A stretch of DNA of 64,000 nt, from positions 29,642,437 to 29,706,436 of the forward strand of contig NC_092672.1 in NCBI RefSeq assembly GCF_964355755.1. The letters are read 5' to 3'. Positions 35,055-48,525 of this stretch are shown piece by piece. Every line of letters begins with the position of its first letter. Positions within the stretch are counted from its first letter, which is position 1. The translations under genes were made by a program, and so were the position numbers. The notes below the pieces were generated by a model. The model saw only the letters and a program-made list of their open reading frames with translations. It was not told the DNA's origin and made no database searches. The DNA is from Antedon mediterranea (lineage: Eukaryota > Animalia > Echinodermata).

Positions 35055-38000
35055 TTATGCCAAAAAAGTTACTCCTCTATTTGAACAGTCTCTCTTTATT
35101 TCACTAATTACCCCGTCTGATAAATAGCAATCATGCATGTTAAGCAACCTTAGTTTAGGTAACATATTTAATAAAGAACGCAGTAAAGTAACATCAATGT
35201 CACTAAGATTATTACAACTGATATTGAAGTGACCTAATTTCAACTTAACTCCATTATCAGAACACTCTCTACTCAGAGCATTCAGTATAGTACCTGATAG
35301 ATTACAATTATGCATTTCAAGTGTAAGCGCATCATCATCACCACCATAATCTTCATCATCATCATAATCATCATCATCATTATCAATCATACTAAATAGA
35401 TAACACAGTGATGTACCATCAATGTCACTAAGATTATTACCACTGATATTTAAGTGCTTTAATCTCAACTCAACTCCTTTAATAGAACACTCTCTACTCA
35501 TATCATTCATTACAGCACCTGATAGATTACAATCATGCATGTCAAGTATACTATACTTCCAAGTCATCATACTCAATAGATAACACAGTGATGTACCATT
35601 AATATCACTAAGATTATTACCACTGATATTGAAGTGATCTAATTCCAACTCAACTCTTTTATTAGAACACTTTCTACTCATAGCAGCATTCATCACAGCA
35701 CATGATAGATTACAATCATGCATGTCAAGTGTACCACGCCAAGTCATCATACTCAATAGATAACACAGTGATGTACCATCAATATCACTAAGATTATTAC
35801 CACTGATATTGAAGTGATCAAATTCCAACTCAACTCCTTTATTAGAACACTCTCTACTCATAGCATTCATTACAGCACCTGATAGATCACAATCATGCAT
35901 GTCAAGTGTACTACGCCAAGTCATCATACTCAATAGATAACACAGTGATGTACCATCAATATCACTAAGATTATTACCACTGATATTGAAGTGATATAAT
36001 TCCGACTCAACTGCTTTATTAGAACACTCTCTACTCATAGCATTCATTACAGCACCTGATAGATTACAATCATGCATATCAAGTGTACTATACGTCCAAG
36101 TCATCATACTCAACAGATAACACAGTGATGTACCATCAATGTCACTAAGATTATTACCACTGATATTGAAGTGATATAATTCCGACTCAACTGCTTTATT
36201 AGAACACTCTCTACTCATAGCATTCATTACAGCACCTGATAGATCACAATCATGCATGTCAAGTGTACTACGCCAAGTCATCATACTCAATAGATAACAC
36301 AGTGATGTACCATCAATGTCACTAAGATTATTACCACTGATATTGACATCATGTAAATACAACTTAACTCCATTATTAGAACACTCTCTACTCATAGCAT
36401 TCATTACAGCACCTGATAGATTACAATCATGCATGTCAAGTGTACGCAGCAAAGGCATCATAGTCAATAGATAACACAGTGATGTACCATCAATGTCACT
36501 AAGATTATTACCACTGATATTGACATCATGTAAATACAACTTAACTCCATTATTAGAACACTCTCTACTCATAGCATTCATTACAGCACCTGATAGATTA
36601 CAATCATGCATGTCAAATGTACCCAGCCTAGTCATCATACTCAATAGATAACACAGTGATGTACCATCAATGTCACTAAGATTATTACCACTGATATTGA
36701 CATCATGTAAATACAACTTAACTCCTTTATTAGAACACTCTCTACTCATAGCATTCATTACAGCACCTGATAGATTACAATCATGCATGTCAAGTGTACT
36801 ATCCACAGTCATGATACTCAATAGATAACACAGTGATGCACCATCAATGTCTCTAAGATTATTACCACTGATATCGAAATGATTTAATCTCAACTTAACT
36901 CCATTATAAGAACACTCTCTACTCATAGCATTCATTACAGCACCTGATAGATTACAATCATGAAAGTCAAATTTAAGGTGGTTACACTGATCAAACGTTA
37001 AAATACATAGAATTTGTGTAAGAACCTTTCCTGTAGAATCAGATGATATTGTATTTAAAAAACTCCGAAAATTGTTAGGCAACGATATTTTATGAAATTC
37101 CCTCAGAATATTTATAAAATGTTTATCAACGTTTTCATCTTTGCTTACATGCTGAATGAACATTCTTAATGTATTTGAAATATCTTCCAAATGTTCTTTT
37201 ATTTCTAAATTTGTATTTGATATGTGATTAAGCAATGTTTGTTCAACATTATCCATATGATGTTTTTTCACGAATGCTAAGTAATTATCAATGGATCGAT
37301 ATGCTGCCAAATCATTTGTAATCCAATGTTTTAAGAATGTTCCAGCATCAGCTCCAAGGAACCCAATGGCAAACTCTCTTGTTATTTTGAAATACTCACT
37401 TTCTCGTATTTCTTTCCATTCCTTTTTATCTAATGGCGCAAGTAATGGGTTTTCCATAGATTCACTCTCACATAGTTTGTATAAATAAAATCCCACCAAT
37501 GACTCAACTATCAATTTGTGTGGAGGCATATAATTCTCTTCAAAGCTAGACTTTGAAATTGGTGCATCTTCATAAACAAACCCAAGTTTCAGGGCAATAT
37601 CAATCGTATTTTTGTCACCTGTAAGGCTTTTCTTGTTTATCGAAAGTTGATTTCTTTTTAAGTTACGATACATGCATTTTCCTAAACAAATCATAGCATT
37701 TACATACTCGTCTGGAGCATCATAAAATTTTGAAATAAAATGGTGTTGTTGTTGTTGTTTTTTAATGAACTGATTTAAAATACTTCGAAACAGTTCTTTA
37801 AAAAGATCAGATTTATCGAGAGGAAGATTTTGGCTGTCCTCCCACATTATACAAATTGTGATAAGTAACATTGGATTTTTGGACATATCGCGTATTTCTT
37901 GATGTTTTCTATATTCCTTAATGAGTGATTCTCCCAGGGCAAGTTTGCCAAAATGCTTAAAATGCTTGTAAATATACGTTTTAATGTTTATTTCCTTGAA

Positions 38001-38641
38001 TCCTTTTACTCTTACGTGTACATTACACTCATTAATGAATGCACTTATGTTTTCTGTTCGCGAGGTCATTATCACTACACTATTCTTTAATGTTTCCCCT
38101 CTGAATAGACGAATAAAATCTTCATTCTGAAATCGTAATTCATCGAATCCATCTAGCAACAATACAATGTTGCTATCATGTTTTAATATGAATTTTTTGA
38201 TTACTTTGGATTCTTCTCCAAGATCAGTTTCCAGGTCAAATTCTTTCATATTTAGTTTATCTACCATAAGATCAAAGATTCCCTTCCCTTCCTCTAAATC
38301 CCTTATATTTAACAGAAATACAATTTTACCTTCAAATACATCAAATGATTTATCTGTACCTGCATTGTATGCTATGTACCTTAATAGTGTAGTTTTACCT
38401 ATACCACCTTCACCATCTATAAGGACTTTGCACGCAGGTGTGGATTTGATGGTAGCTAACACATCTTTTAATGTTGTTGACTCACTCTTTTTTGTGTTTT
38501 TATTTCCTTTGAGTAGGTCCAACTCTGTGAATAGTTCAGAAATATCGACTTGGTGTGATTCATTCCATGTTGCTGGTGTAAACGTCTTGGCATTTTGCAG
38601 AAATGTCTGTTGTTTACTTAGTAGATATCCTTTTATCTTTT
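35055..38641 (-). CDS. NLR last exon: NACHT NTPase, helical domains and LRR array
   Basis: Walker A GEGGIGKTT, Walker B IVLLLDGFDEL, sensor VIMTSR, NPMLL motif; ~21 RI-like LRRs. Phase-1 acceptor ttttatcctacag|AA AAG at 38641; stop at 35055. Confidence 0.95.
35100..36971 (-). repeat. Coding tandem repeat, ~177-bp unit x ~10.5 (double LRR)
   Basis: LDMHDCNLSGAVMNAMSRECS...NISGNNLSDIDGTSLCYLLSMM repeated with high nucleotide identity. Confidence 0.97.
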
Positions 38642-39310
38642 CTGTAGGATAAAATGAAAGGTAAATAAAATAGGTGACACAACAAATGACATAATAAAAG
38701 ATGATGACGATGACGACAACAATGATGATGGAACACATTAATTGTGTTTACGCCATAAACATACACCCGTATGTGTTTCTTACTGTATATTGAAATTAAA
38801 ATTACTATTTTGCCTTGAGAACGAAAACAATAGTAAAATAAATCATGAAATGAAAGTTTTGTTTGCTGAAACTAAATTCATTGTAGTGGAAAAGTTATCT
38901 TTTTCACCTTTTTATTAAGAAGACGTATAAAACACACTAATGAGGAAATTATAATCAGTCTTGAACAAGTCACCATTTGTGCATTAAAATAACTTTTTTT
39001 GTCAAAATGCGAGATTTGATGTCTATCTATCTAAATGTAACCGAAACAAAAGGTTCCTGTTTTAGGCTAAACTGCAAAATTATAAAAACTCTCTGGGATT
39101 TGCTGTATCGTTGTATCATAATTTAAGGTCTATGTCATCTAAATATGTAAAAATAAGCTAAATATTCTAGGACAAAAATCTGAAAAGGGGTCATGAAAAA
39201 CAAGGCCATTCTGTGGTTCAATTTAAGGCCAACCAGTGGTCCGATGGCGCTAGACATAACTTTTCCCCAGCTTTTTTCACATAACTTTATTTTAGCTGAA
39301 AAATTAAAAG

Positions 39311-39760
39311 TTATAACACTTTACCTACTAATTTTTTTCAAAATATTTTGGTAGGAATAGATAACCCTTGACCTACTTTACCATTTTCCACCGTAGTTCC
39401 GCAAACATTTTTGCATTTACGCCCTCTACAGCCAATAAGTAACTAGCTTTACGAACGTTATAACACTTTACTTACTAAATTTTTTCAAAATATTTTGGTA
39501 TGGATCGATAACCCTTGGCCTTCTTTAACATTTGCCACCGTAGTTTCGCGAACTTTTTTTTCACTACGCCCTCTACGGCGAATAAGTAACTGGCTTTTAC
39601 GAAGTTATAACACTTGACCTACTTAGTGTTTTCAGGGAGTTGTAACAACTCCCTGGTTTTTTTCACAATATTTTGGTATGAATCGATGACTCTTGGCCTA
39701 CTTTATCATTAGTTACGCGAACTTATAACGTTTGTAAAAGATAGTTACTTATTCGCCGTA
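39311..39760. repeat. Three ~147-bp tandem units in NLR intron
   Basis: ttataacactt..ctta/cta..aaatattttggta at 39311, 39458 and 39605. Confidence 0.8.
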
Positions 39761-40057
39761 AAGTTATTGAACTTTGACCAGAAGAAGTAGAGGTCAAGGC
39801 TAACATGTTGGTACAATAACAACTCAAATAGACAGTAATTACGTATTGGAATCTGTTTTTTTTATAAATATTTGTGACTGTCCTTTTAATTGAATTTGAA
39901 TAAGGAACTAGGAACTACTGTAGTAACCAACTTCACAGGCATTGATAAAGAACTTGCTTAAACGGTGGAAAAGCACATAGGCCTACACCTAGCCTATATC
40001 CAGATAATTATAAATATAAAGACTTTACTAGTTATTCATAATAATGGCTACTAAATA

Positions 40058-41076
40058 CAGTTGAACCTCCGTGTCCGTGAGCAGCCACCTCCTTTAACGG
40101 TCGCACTTTCAAAAGCCTGTTTGTTCTTCCTATCTAATAAGTACATTTGGTACCTCACGTAAGCGGCCACCTCCCGTAAGCGGCCATGGCCACATTTTTT
40201 ACTAACAATTTGATATTTTGTATGATAAATTACATCCTGTAAGCGGCCACCCAAAAAAATTCGTGACAAAAATACAATTTTTTATAATTATTGTTGTGCT
40301 TTATCAGCTATATTTCGAAGCTTGTGTGCAAAATCTTTTTGTTTTATTTATTGGCGTTTAATTTAATTATTTAATTATTTTTAGTCATTCTTGCATATTA
40401 TATCCATTACTTGAAAGTAAATAAATAGATAAATACTAATAGGGTAGCCTACACCTGATGTTTTTAAAAGGCCTGAAGTTGTTTTTTATTCTCGGGGTTT
40501 TTGACAATAAACGACAGGGTTCAGACTCTGTAAATAGAAAAAGGAAATTTGATTTTGTCATCATCTGTAGGCCTATTGATAGGCCATGGTTTTAACATTT
40601 CTGTGAAAAACATTCTTGTGTTTTTAGATGAGGTGAGAATCTACACAGATTTTGATCAACCATTTCATGCATACAAGCTTTTAAAATGTGTCTGAAAATC
40701 ATAAATAATACTAAACCACCTGATCATAAACAACACAATTAAATTAGCTGGAGAATGTAGAGGCCCGTTGCGCAAAGAACGGCGAAAAAATTGTGCATAG
40801 CCAATATACGTGATTTTGGCCCTCTATCGACAGAACTTCCCGTAAAGCTTGGTTCCCACTTGCACGCAACGCAAGGATGTAGAGGCAACGCAAGCGAGTT
40901 GACCAATGACTAGCAACAGTTCGAATAATCCATCGCTTGTGATTGGTCAACTCCCTTACGTTGCGTTACGTCGTTGTGTTCCGTCTCTAGTGGGAACCAA
41001 GCATTAGCGGTCGCCTCCCGTAAAGGTCACTTTTTTCTGATCCCGAGAGGGTGACCGCTTACGGTAGGTTTAACTG
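40058..41076. mobile_element. Tc1/mariner (pogo/Tigger-like) non-autonomous element, TA TSD
   Basis: ta|cagttgaacctcc ... ggtaggtttaactg|ta, with taagcggcca subrepeats. Confidence 0.75.
40847..41002. mobile_element. Harbinger-like MITE nested in the Tc1/mariner element
   Basis: gcttggttcccact ... agtgggaaccaagc, with internal gttgaccaat / attggtcaac inverted symmetry. Confidence 0.8.
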
Positions 41077-41283
41077 TAGTAGTCTAGCGCCCTTGGACCA
41101 CAGACTGGCCATGTGTTTCAAGATATAAGTGCCGTCGGGCTGGCCCGAGCCATATCAATATATGACTCTGGGCTGGCCGGATATCTAGCGCCCTTGGACT
41201 GGCTGAATGTCTAGCGCCATTGGACCACAGGCTGGCCCAAAAAGAACCACACACTGACCGTGTGTTTCACGACCCCTGTTCCA

Positions 41284-41326
<43 letters not shown>
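41284..41326. repeat. (AAT)n microsatellite
   Basis: Read directly from the sequence. Confidence 0.95.
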
Positions 41327-41327
<1 letters not shown>

Positions 41328-41656
41328 GATTTTTATAGCGCACATACCACTCCAGAGTGCTCAAGGCGCATTTAAAAATAAAAAAGAAATAAATCATACA
41401 AATTCCTGGCAAATAAAATGCAATTTCTTTGGAGGGTCCCCATCCGTTGTCGTTCTGTCGGGGTCATATCAATTTCAATTTCTTTATTGCTGAAAATGAC
41501 ATCAAGGGCTAATATCCGCATAAACATACAACATCATACAAACAAATACATATTTACATTTAAAATTGTTATCATTACTATAGTTGTTAGTTTTTATAGT
41601 CATTACTACTGTTTATCTATTTATTATAATTGTAATTGTTATGAATATTATTGTTA

Positions 41657-43225
41657 TTAGTTATCCGCTTGGTATACCAAGCGGATAACTCCTTGTTATG
41701 AGATCAACAGTTTTTTTCTGTATTATTCTTCTTTCCATCCTTCCTTTTTGTGGATCGCGTTTCTCTAAAATGTGTAAACATAACATTTCATAACTTTGAC
41801 AACATATGGGCATTTACGTGAAGTTGTGCACCTCCTATTTTTGAATGACGTCATAGTTGCGCAACGTGACTTACGCGCAATTTTATGAATTTCAATGATT
41901 AAAAACCAAAAGTCATTTAGTATTGACACTTTGACAAAATTTAAGTCATATCAGGGGCAAACTTTCTACGGATTAAAAATGGCATGTTTCAGAAGAAGTT
42001 ACGCGCGCACGCGCATTTAAAATTTCAAAAAAAAGCGCAAAATTAATTTCTAATCAACTTTTTATGCGTTTCTTGTCATTTTGAGCATGTCAAAAATTCC
42101 CACGGGCGCACATAGCGTTAAAAACATATTTTTTTCTCTTGAATTATATTTTTCAAGCCTTTCCTAGTAATTTTGAAAACAATTTAGACCTTTTCCAATT
42201 TAAATAACGCCATACGAACACGTTGAATTAAACATTTCATGCGCGTTTTTTATGAAAAAGCTTAAAAAATCGTCAACATTTTGTCTTTTTTTTAAAACAG
42301 TCATAGTCTCTAAAGTAAACCGTGAACCGTTTATTTTTATTACAAAATCTAGAAGTTGATGAGTTGTAGATAACGGATCATGCATCGATAAGGCTAAAAA
42401 AAACATTGTGACGTTATCGTATGGCCACACGAATGTAAAAAATATAGGATTTTTGTCTCTTTCGTTAATGCTCATCACATTCAATGGAGCGCATCACGCT
42501 TATCTATATTTCTTTTTCTTCTACATTTATATAATGTGTAGGTCAATCAACTTTCTTTAGCATGAGATAAAAATATTTTAATTTTTATGACGTCATCATG
42601 CCTAAAAATTTCAATTACGTGGGTCATTAATTTCATCTTTACAGTAAATTTTATTCTGTAATAGCTCGTAAGAATAAAATGTGATAATCACGATTAAAAC
42701 GTTTTCTGGAAGCTATTGGATTGTATATACGAATTCATGTAAACATTTTGCCAATCGGATGTTGTGACGTCATCATATGGCCAGTTGAATACAAAAAAGT
42801 TGTATTTTCATATTTTGCGTAATAGTTCATCACATTTAAAAGGGTGCGCATCTATATTTTACGTATTCAAATTTCTTCTACACGTTAATATGTTGTTCCT
42901 AAGATAATTTCCTTCTGAAATTGCTATCTAAGTGTTTCATTTTGATACCGTCGCCATGTTAAAAATTGGAATAAATGGCGGTCCCGTAATTTCACCTATT
43001 CTACACTGTATGTAATATGTATACAGATTATACTGTAGTGTTTGCATGTATATACTATATGACACAAAATTGACAGAATTCAGCACTAACAGCATATCAT
43101 ATTCTTCAGTTCTTGTCATGCAATAATCTTTATCTGTGTGCAATATTCCAACGTATGACGTGCACGTGGCGTTTGTCGTGGTGCGGATAACTAACTCGTC
43201 AAAGTGACGAGTTTTATGTCTAGTT
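41657..43225 (+). mobile_element. Non-autonomous Helentron/DINE-1-like element
   Basis: 5' stem agttatccgcttggtataccaagcggataact; 3' sub-TIR gcggataactaa followed by hairpin actcgtca-aag-tgacgagt and ctagtt; T-rich flanks. Confidence 0.75.
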
Positions 43226-43287
43226 ATAATTATAGTTAAAATTGTGTAATAAATTAAATTAAAGGTCACATCTTAAGGGCAGTTTTA

Positions 43288-44350
43288 ATGTCGTTATCTT
43301 TTGTTTTATTTGCTGACGACACAAACATATCTGCATCTCACGAAAACTTGGATACGCTCATAGAACTAGTTAATGGTGAACTAAAAAATGTTTCGGATTG
43401 GTTCATGTGCAATAAACTATCAATCAACGTTAAAAAAACTAATTACATAATTTTCCGCAATCAGCGAAATCCAAGTAATTTAGAGAATGTAAATATTTAT
43501 GTCAACAATAAAAGAATAGATAGAGTTAAATCGACTAAATTCCTTGGAGTACATATTGATGAATTTCTCACATATAAGAACCACATCAATGTTACAGCTA
43601 GGAAAATATCTCGATATGTAGGCATACTATATAAAGTAAGACATTTTTTACCAACCTATGCTCTCTGGACAATATACAAATCACTCATTGAACCAGTATT
43701 AAATTATTGCAACATAATATGGTGTAGCACATTTCCAAGTTATTTAGATGAGTTATTTAAACTCCAGAAAAGGGCATTACGAGCTATAACATGGTCAAAG
43801 TTTAATGATTCAATGACTGAATGTTTCTATAAATTTAAACTTCTTAAAATTGCGGATATCAATAAGTACCAAATTGGGCTTTTCATGTATAATGTTACTA
43901 CTAATCAGGACGTGCGTTTTTCATCGCTCTTTATTAAAAATGGTTCTTACCATAATTATAATACAAGATCTAAAGACAAAATGAGACTCAGAAAACGTAA
44001 TCGTACTTCTACTAGTTTTACTGTGTCATGTGTGGGACCCAAATTGTGGAATGACTTGAATTACGAACTACAAAGTACCAAATCAATATATATATTTAAA
44101 TCATTGTTTAAAGAACATTTATTATCATTTTACAAATAATTTTAAAAATTATACTTGTTGCAGGATTTAGCCTTTTTATTATTTATGTTTTAGTTTTTTA
44201 GGCTAGTTAGGGACATAGGGGGACACAACTAATCAAGCTCTTTTGAGTTTTTATGTGTTTCCTTTTCATCTTTTTTATGTTCTCATATATTGTTGTTGTA
44301 TATTTTCATGATAGAGGATGAATAAAGAATATTTGAATTTGAAATTTGAA
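43288..44350 (+). mobile_element. 5'-truncated CR1/L2-group LINE (RT C-terminal half plus 3' UTR)
   Basis: ORF 43288-44139 contains LFADDT, WFMCNKLSINVKKT, KFLGVHID, LQKRALRAI and GPKLWNDL. Followed by AATAAA and a TTGAA tail. Confidence 0.92.
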
Positions 44351-44719
44351 AAAATGTCAAGAATAGACTGAGAAAGACACGTTAAGATGAAAAGATTGAG
44401 AGAGAGAGATAAGAAGTATACATACTATGGTTTTCATCTTGAGGTGTTACAGGAAAATCTGTACAGAAAAAAATACAAGTTTTAATGAGGAAAAGAATTA
44501 GAGTGAAATTACAAAGTTATATCACCTAACCTCCGGTTAGGTTAGGTGGAGCACTCCCCTGTGGGAGGAATTCTCCTCTACTTTAGTAGTGATGCACATA
44601 AGCACGGCAAAAGGACATAAGACAAGATGAACCCTGTTTGTCTCCCGGAGGCACTATACTAATCATGAGCGACTCAGTAGGCCTATAATATTATGCCTAA
44701 TGTTTTTGTTTATTTTCTA

Positions 44720-45050
44720 CATCTTTTTTTAAGTATGTACTCAATATCATTTCTTTAGTTTTTTTTTAATTGGAATTTTATTATATTGGTTTTTGCGCGT
44801 TCACTTTCTTTACTTTGATCAAGGATTTCACACAAGGGAGGGGGTAGTTGTCGAAGATTATATTGAGTCATGAAACAAATTGCCTGTAACTTATTTAAAT
44901 CAAACATTGTGAATAGGTTAAATTGTGTAAATAAGGGACGTGATCTAGTATCTCTCTTTGAGTTCATTATTATTCTAGCTATTAATTTTTGTAACGTAAG
45001 TAGTTTCTCAATATGTGTTGGGTATTAATTTCCCCATACAATTAGTTAAC
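44720..45050 (-). mobile_element. Degraded LINE ORF2 C-terminal fragment
   Basis: MNSKRDTRSRPLFTQFNLFTMFDLNKLQAICFM is homologous to the post-RT region of the neighbouring LINE. Confidence 0.6.
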
Positions 45051-45161
45051 AGACAAGTTTAAAGTTATACCTGTTAAAAATGTCTTACATGATTGTTTAG
45101 AATTGTGTAAGTAGTCAACAAGATCCCATGAATAAATACTAGGTTAATATTTGTTTTTTAC

Positions 45162-45221
45162 CTTCTGGTTGACGTTTGGAAGCAGATGCTACACATTTGT
45201 CATCATCACCCTCCCTATTTC
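45162..45221 (-). CDS. NLR linker micro-exon 2 (60 bp, phase 1/1; GNREGDDDKCVASASKRQPE)
   Basis: ttttattttttaag|GA...CCAGAAG|gtaaaa; open frame; keeps phase with the flanking exons. Confidence 0.75.
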
Positions 45222-45288
45222 CTTAAAAAATAAAATAAAACCTTTATCATAATATTTGTAAATGTTTACACAATTGACAAATAATTAA

Positions 45289-46640
45289 TATCAAGTATCA
45301 AGTATCAAGTATAATCTTTATTCGTTCCCACAAGGAGAAAATTTACATTGCTCGTCTTCAAATACATCATAATTACAATATATAAAATAACATGACAATA
45401 CAACAATACCAATATTAAAAACTCACAACAAGAACATATTATTACATATTATTTCATGGTGCTCATCTGGATGAATGTCGCTGATGTCTCCTAATACCTG
45501 TGGGCAGAAAGGAGAAAAGATATCGGTTTGTGTCAGCAGCCGCGGATCGCAATCTTCCACTACGAGCACTCCTGAGACTGGATGACTTTCATCCCTCAAC
45601 ACCATCCCAAAAAGCCTGTCCAGGTTCTCGCAATAAACTGAATCCACCGACTGCTGACACAAACCAGATATCCTCTCAACCCTTCTTACCACACAATCAA
45701 TTCTACCCTTATCTCCCTCTGTAACATTTCCACCCCACCCTGCAATACAATATTTCCAAACCCCAACAAAAATAGACTGATAGAATGTAATCAAAATATT
45801 ATTATTTACACTGAACTTGTTTAGTTGTCTTAAACAGTACATTCTAGTATTTACTTTCTTCATAACGAGATCCAAGTGGTTACTCCACGTCAATTTATGG
45901 TTAAATACAACCCCCAGATATTTATATGTTTCCACCCTCTGAATTTGTCTACCCATTATGTCAACTAGATCACATTTATTCGTTTTCTTTCTAAAATCTA
46001 TAATCATTTCCTTTCCTATATTTTACAAAATTATTAATCTCATTTAAATATGAAGTGCAATCGTCCTTCTGAATCAAGCCAATCATCGCCGTATCGTCAG
46101 CAAATCGTACAACTGGGCAAGAATCATATTTAGATCTATAATCACTTGTATACAAGGTAAACAAAAAAGGGGCTAATACAGTGCCTTGTGGCGCACCTGT
46201 ATTGGAAACACTAACATCAGAACATACTGTTGGGCTAAGCTTCACATACTGCTTTCTGTTTGTTAGAAAATTCAGAATAAAAAGAATCAAATTAAGGGGA
46301 ATGGCCATCTTACACAGCTTATCTACTAGTAAATGGGGTTGAATGGTGTTAAACGCAGAGGAGAAGTCGTAATACATAACACGGGCTGAATTTCCAACCT
46401 TTGTTTTATCTAAATGACGATACAGCCTTTCAAGTTTAACGACAATCGCATCTTCTGTGCTCCGAGCACTTCTGTATGCAAATTGCATGGGATCAGTATG
46501 CGTAGTGACTATTGGTTTTAAGCATTTTAAAACAATTTTCTCACATATTTTACCTACAACTGATGTTAAGGCAACTGGCCTGAGATCATTCATATACTTA
46601 ATAACACGGCTTTTTGGAATAGGAACAATAGATGATTGTA
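45289..46640 (-). mobile_element. Rex1/Babar-like LINE, 5'-truncated and frameshifted
   Basis: RT motifs RPVALTS, DPMQFAYR, DFSSAFNTI, GAPQGTVLAP, FADDT, YKYLGV. Frameshift near 46000; (TACTTGA)n tail at 45289-45311. Confidence 0.9.
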
Positions 46641-46837
46641 ATATATATGGTTTGAAAATTAAAATTAAATAATTATAGTTTTCTATGCACCACTGCAGGC
46701 TCGTTAATTTCTAAGATGTACAATTTGTCGAAGAACATTGTAAAATACATCTTTTTTATTCTTATAAACGTTGGAATGGATATTTGCTACAAAATCAAAA
46801 TGTTTTAACATTCATATAAATATCGGTTCACCTTTAC

Positions 46838-46897
46838 CTTCTGGTCGTCTGTTAGAACCTGATGCTTTACTATCGTCATATTCATCTTTCCTAGGTT
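46838..46897 (-). CDS. NLR linker micro-exon 1 (60 bp, phase 1/1; EPRKDEYDDSKASGSNRRPE)
   Basis: tttttatag|AA...CCAGAAG|gtaaag; open frame. Confidence 0.75.
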
Positions 46898-47083
46898 CTA
46901 TAAAAATGTTTTAAATGTTTAAAAACAAATTATAATATAACACATACGAGTAAATCTGCTTTTAAAATACAACATAAAAACAATATATTTATTTTCAAAA
47001 TTAATGTAAAAAACTGTTAGTTGTGATGGTTTGAGAATTATAATTTATAAAGAAAAAAAAATTAAATATCACATGTTTTATAC

Positions 47084-47630
47084 CTTCGTGACTTCCACTG
47101 CGTTGAGGTACATTACTATGATGCACACTTTGTCGAAGATCATCAAATACATCTTTCTTGTCTTGTTCTTTTGATAAACATTGGCCAGTTTCCAATTTGA
47201 ATGTTACATCCCAAATGTTGGTGTCTTCGTACATTGCCAGATTATAATGAGAGATAACCCTCTTTAACGCATCTGGTCCAACATTTCGCAAATCTTTAAA
47301 CATTTGTTTTCTTTCTGATGATATTTTTTCTTCGTCGGTATTTTCAATATTATTGTCTCTAATATACTGGACTACACAATCTTCAGCTTTCTTTAATTTA
47401 CATAATTTGGAAATATCTAATAAAAGGTTAACATTATTAGGTGCGATAAAACCAGTGTCTTCGAGATGATTAAATAGATCATTTCCAATGGCATTTGGTT
47501 CTGTAAGGTCTCCGATAGGTATGTGGTCGAATAAGATAAACTTCAACCAACGCAACCTACTACCGCAAAAGAATGTGCTGAGATCAGACTTCAATTTGGT
47601 GAACTCTGGATTAGTTTCAGACGCTGCCAT
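47084..47630 (-). CDS. NLR first coding exon: tandem death-effector domains
   Basis: DED-like LKFILFDHIP...DLFNHLEDTGFIAPNNVNLL and a second ISSERKQMF...NIWDVTFKLE. Acceptor at 47649-47650; phase-1 donor GAAG|gtataa at 47083. Confidence 0.85.
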
Positions 47631-48009
47631 TTAAGCACTTTCTGTTTCCTGCAAACATAAAAAGAATGAGTTCTTTAAATAACATTACATAAGTCATTGT
47701 CATCCTCATTATTTAGTTTGAATTTAATTAAAAATAAAAACAAAATTATCAAAATTATTTGTGCCTATTTTAATTTAATATGCCAATTTAATATAAAATA
47801 TTGAATTGGAATAATAATTTCCCCCATTTTATTTTCCCAATCATTGATTGAAAAATCAAAATGCTAATTTATCTGTATGTCCTGCCATTCATACTTAAAA
47901 GTAAGAAATGATATCTGTTACTAGTTAGTGATAGACGAATGAACCAAAAACTAATATTGCATGAAAAAAAATTCACTGTTACAAAGAAGGCAAAATGAAT
48001 AATAATGAA

Positions 48010-48525
48010 TCTGTGGAAGAAAATAGAAAATGGAGATGGCACCCTTTTGTATTAGGGGCATTAAAAGCTTGTCAAGAACGTATTCATTGTGGCTGTAAAA
48101 CATGTTTAATAAGTGGAAATTGTAAATGTTGAATCGGTAAATTTAGTTGCACTGAATTACAAATTTCTAAAAAAACTCAACTCATACAACAATTTTTGTT
48201 AAGATCGATTTTGGATAAATATACAAAACTTAATTCTGCTTGGAAAAGGGCTTTAAAATGATATCAAAATAGACAACATTTGAAATGTTTAAAAGGTAAC
48301 CTTTTGACCACATAAGTGTAAAGATTTATTTAGGCGGTGAATAAAGCTTTCCAGTAATTACCATACATCACCACATTTGAAGATTTAATCGACCATCTTG
48401 TATTTCAAAATGGGGGATCATAAAATCTGATGGGGTCCTCCCCTAACCTGTTTAAGTACCTTCAATACAACAATCTGATGCTTTTATTATAAAATCAACG
48501 ATGTTCATGCTAAGAACCCCTACTA
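48010..48525 (+). mobile_element. Academ-like DNA transposon 3' remnant (Cys-rich CXC-like C-terminus plus terminus)
   Basis: Reads WRWHPF..ACQERIHCGCKTC..NCKC*..SCTEL; ends atgcttttattataaaatcaacgat...cccctacta. Confidence 0.55.

Noticed and set aside
38642-38738. Hydrophobic N-terminus (MCSIIIVVVIVIIF..) of the 1227-aa ORF as a signal or TM segment
   Set aside because: It is intronic read-through upstream of a good phase-1 acceptor at 38641 and derives from a GAT/GAC-rich simple repeat.
41395-41490. Additional NLR linker exon (acceptor tttcag on the minus strand)
   Set aside because: The phase-1 frame hits TGA after about 8 codons and no convincing donor was found.
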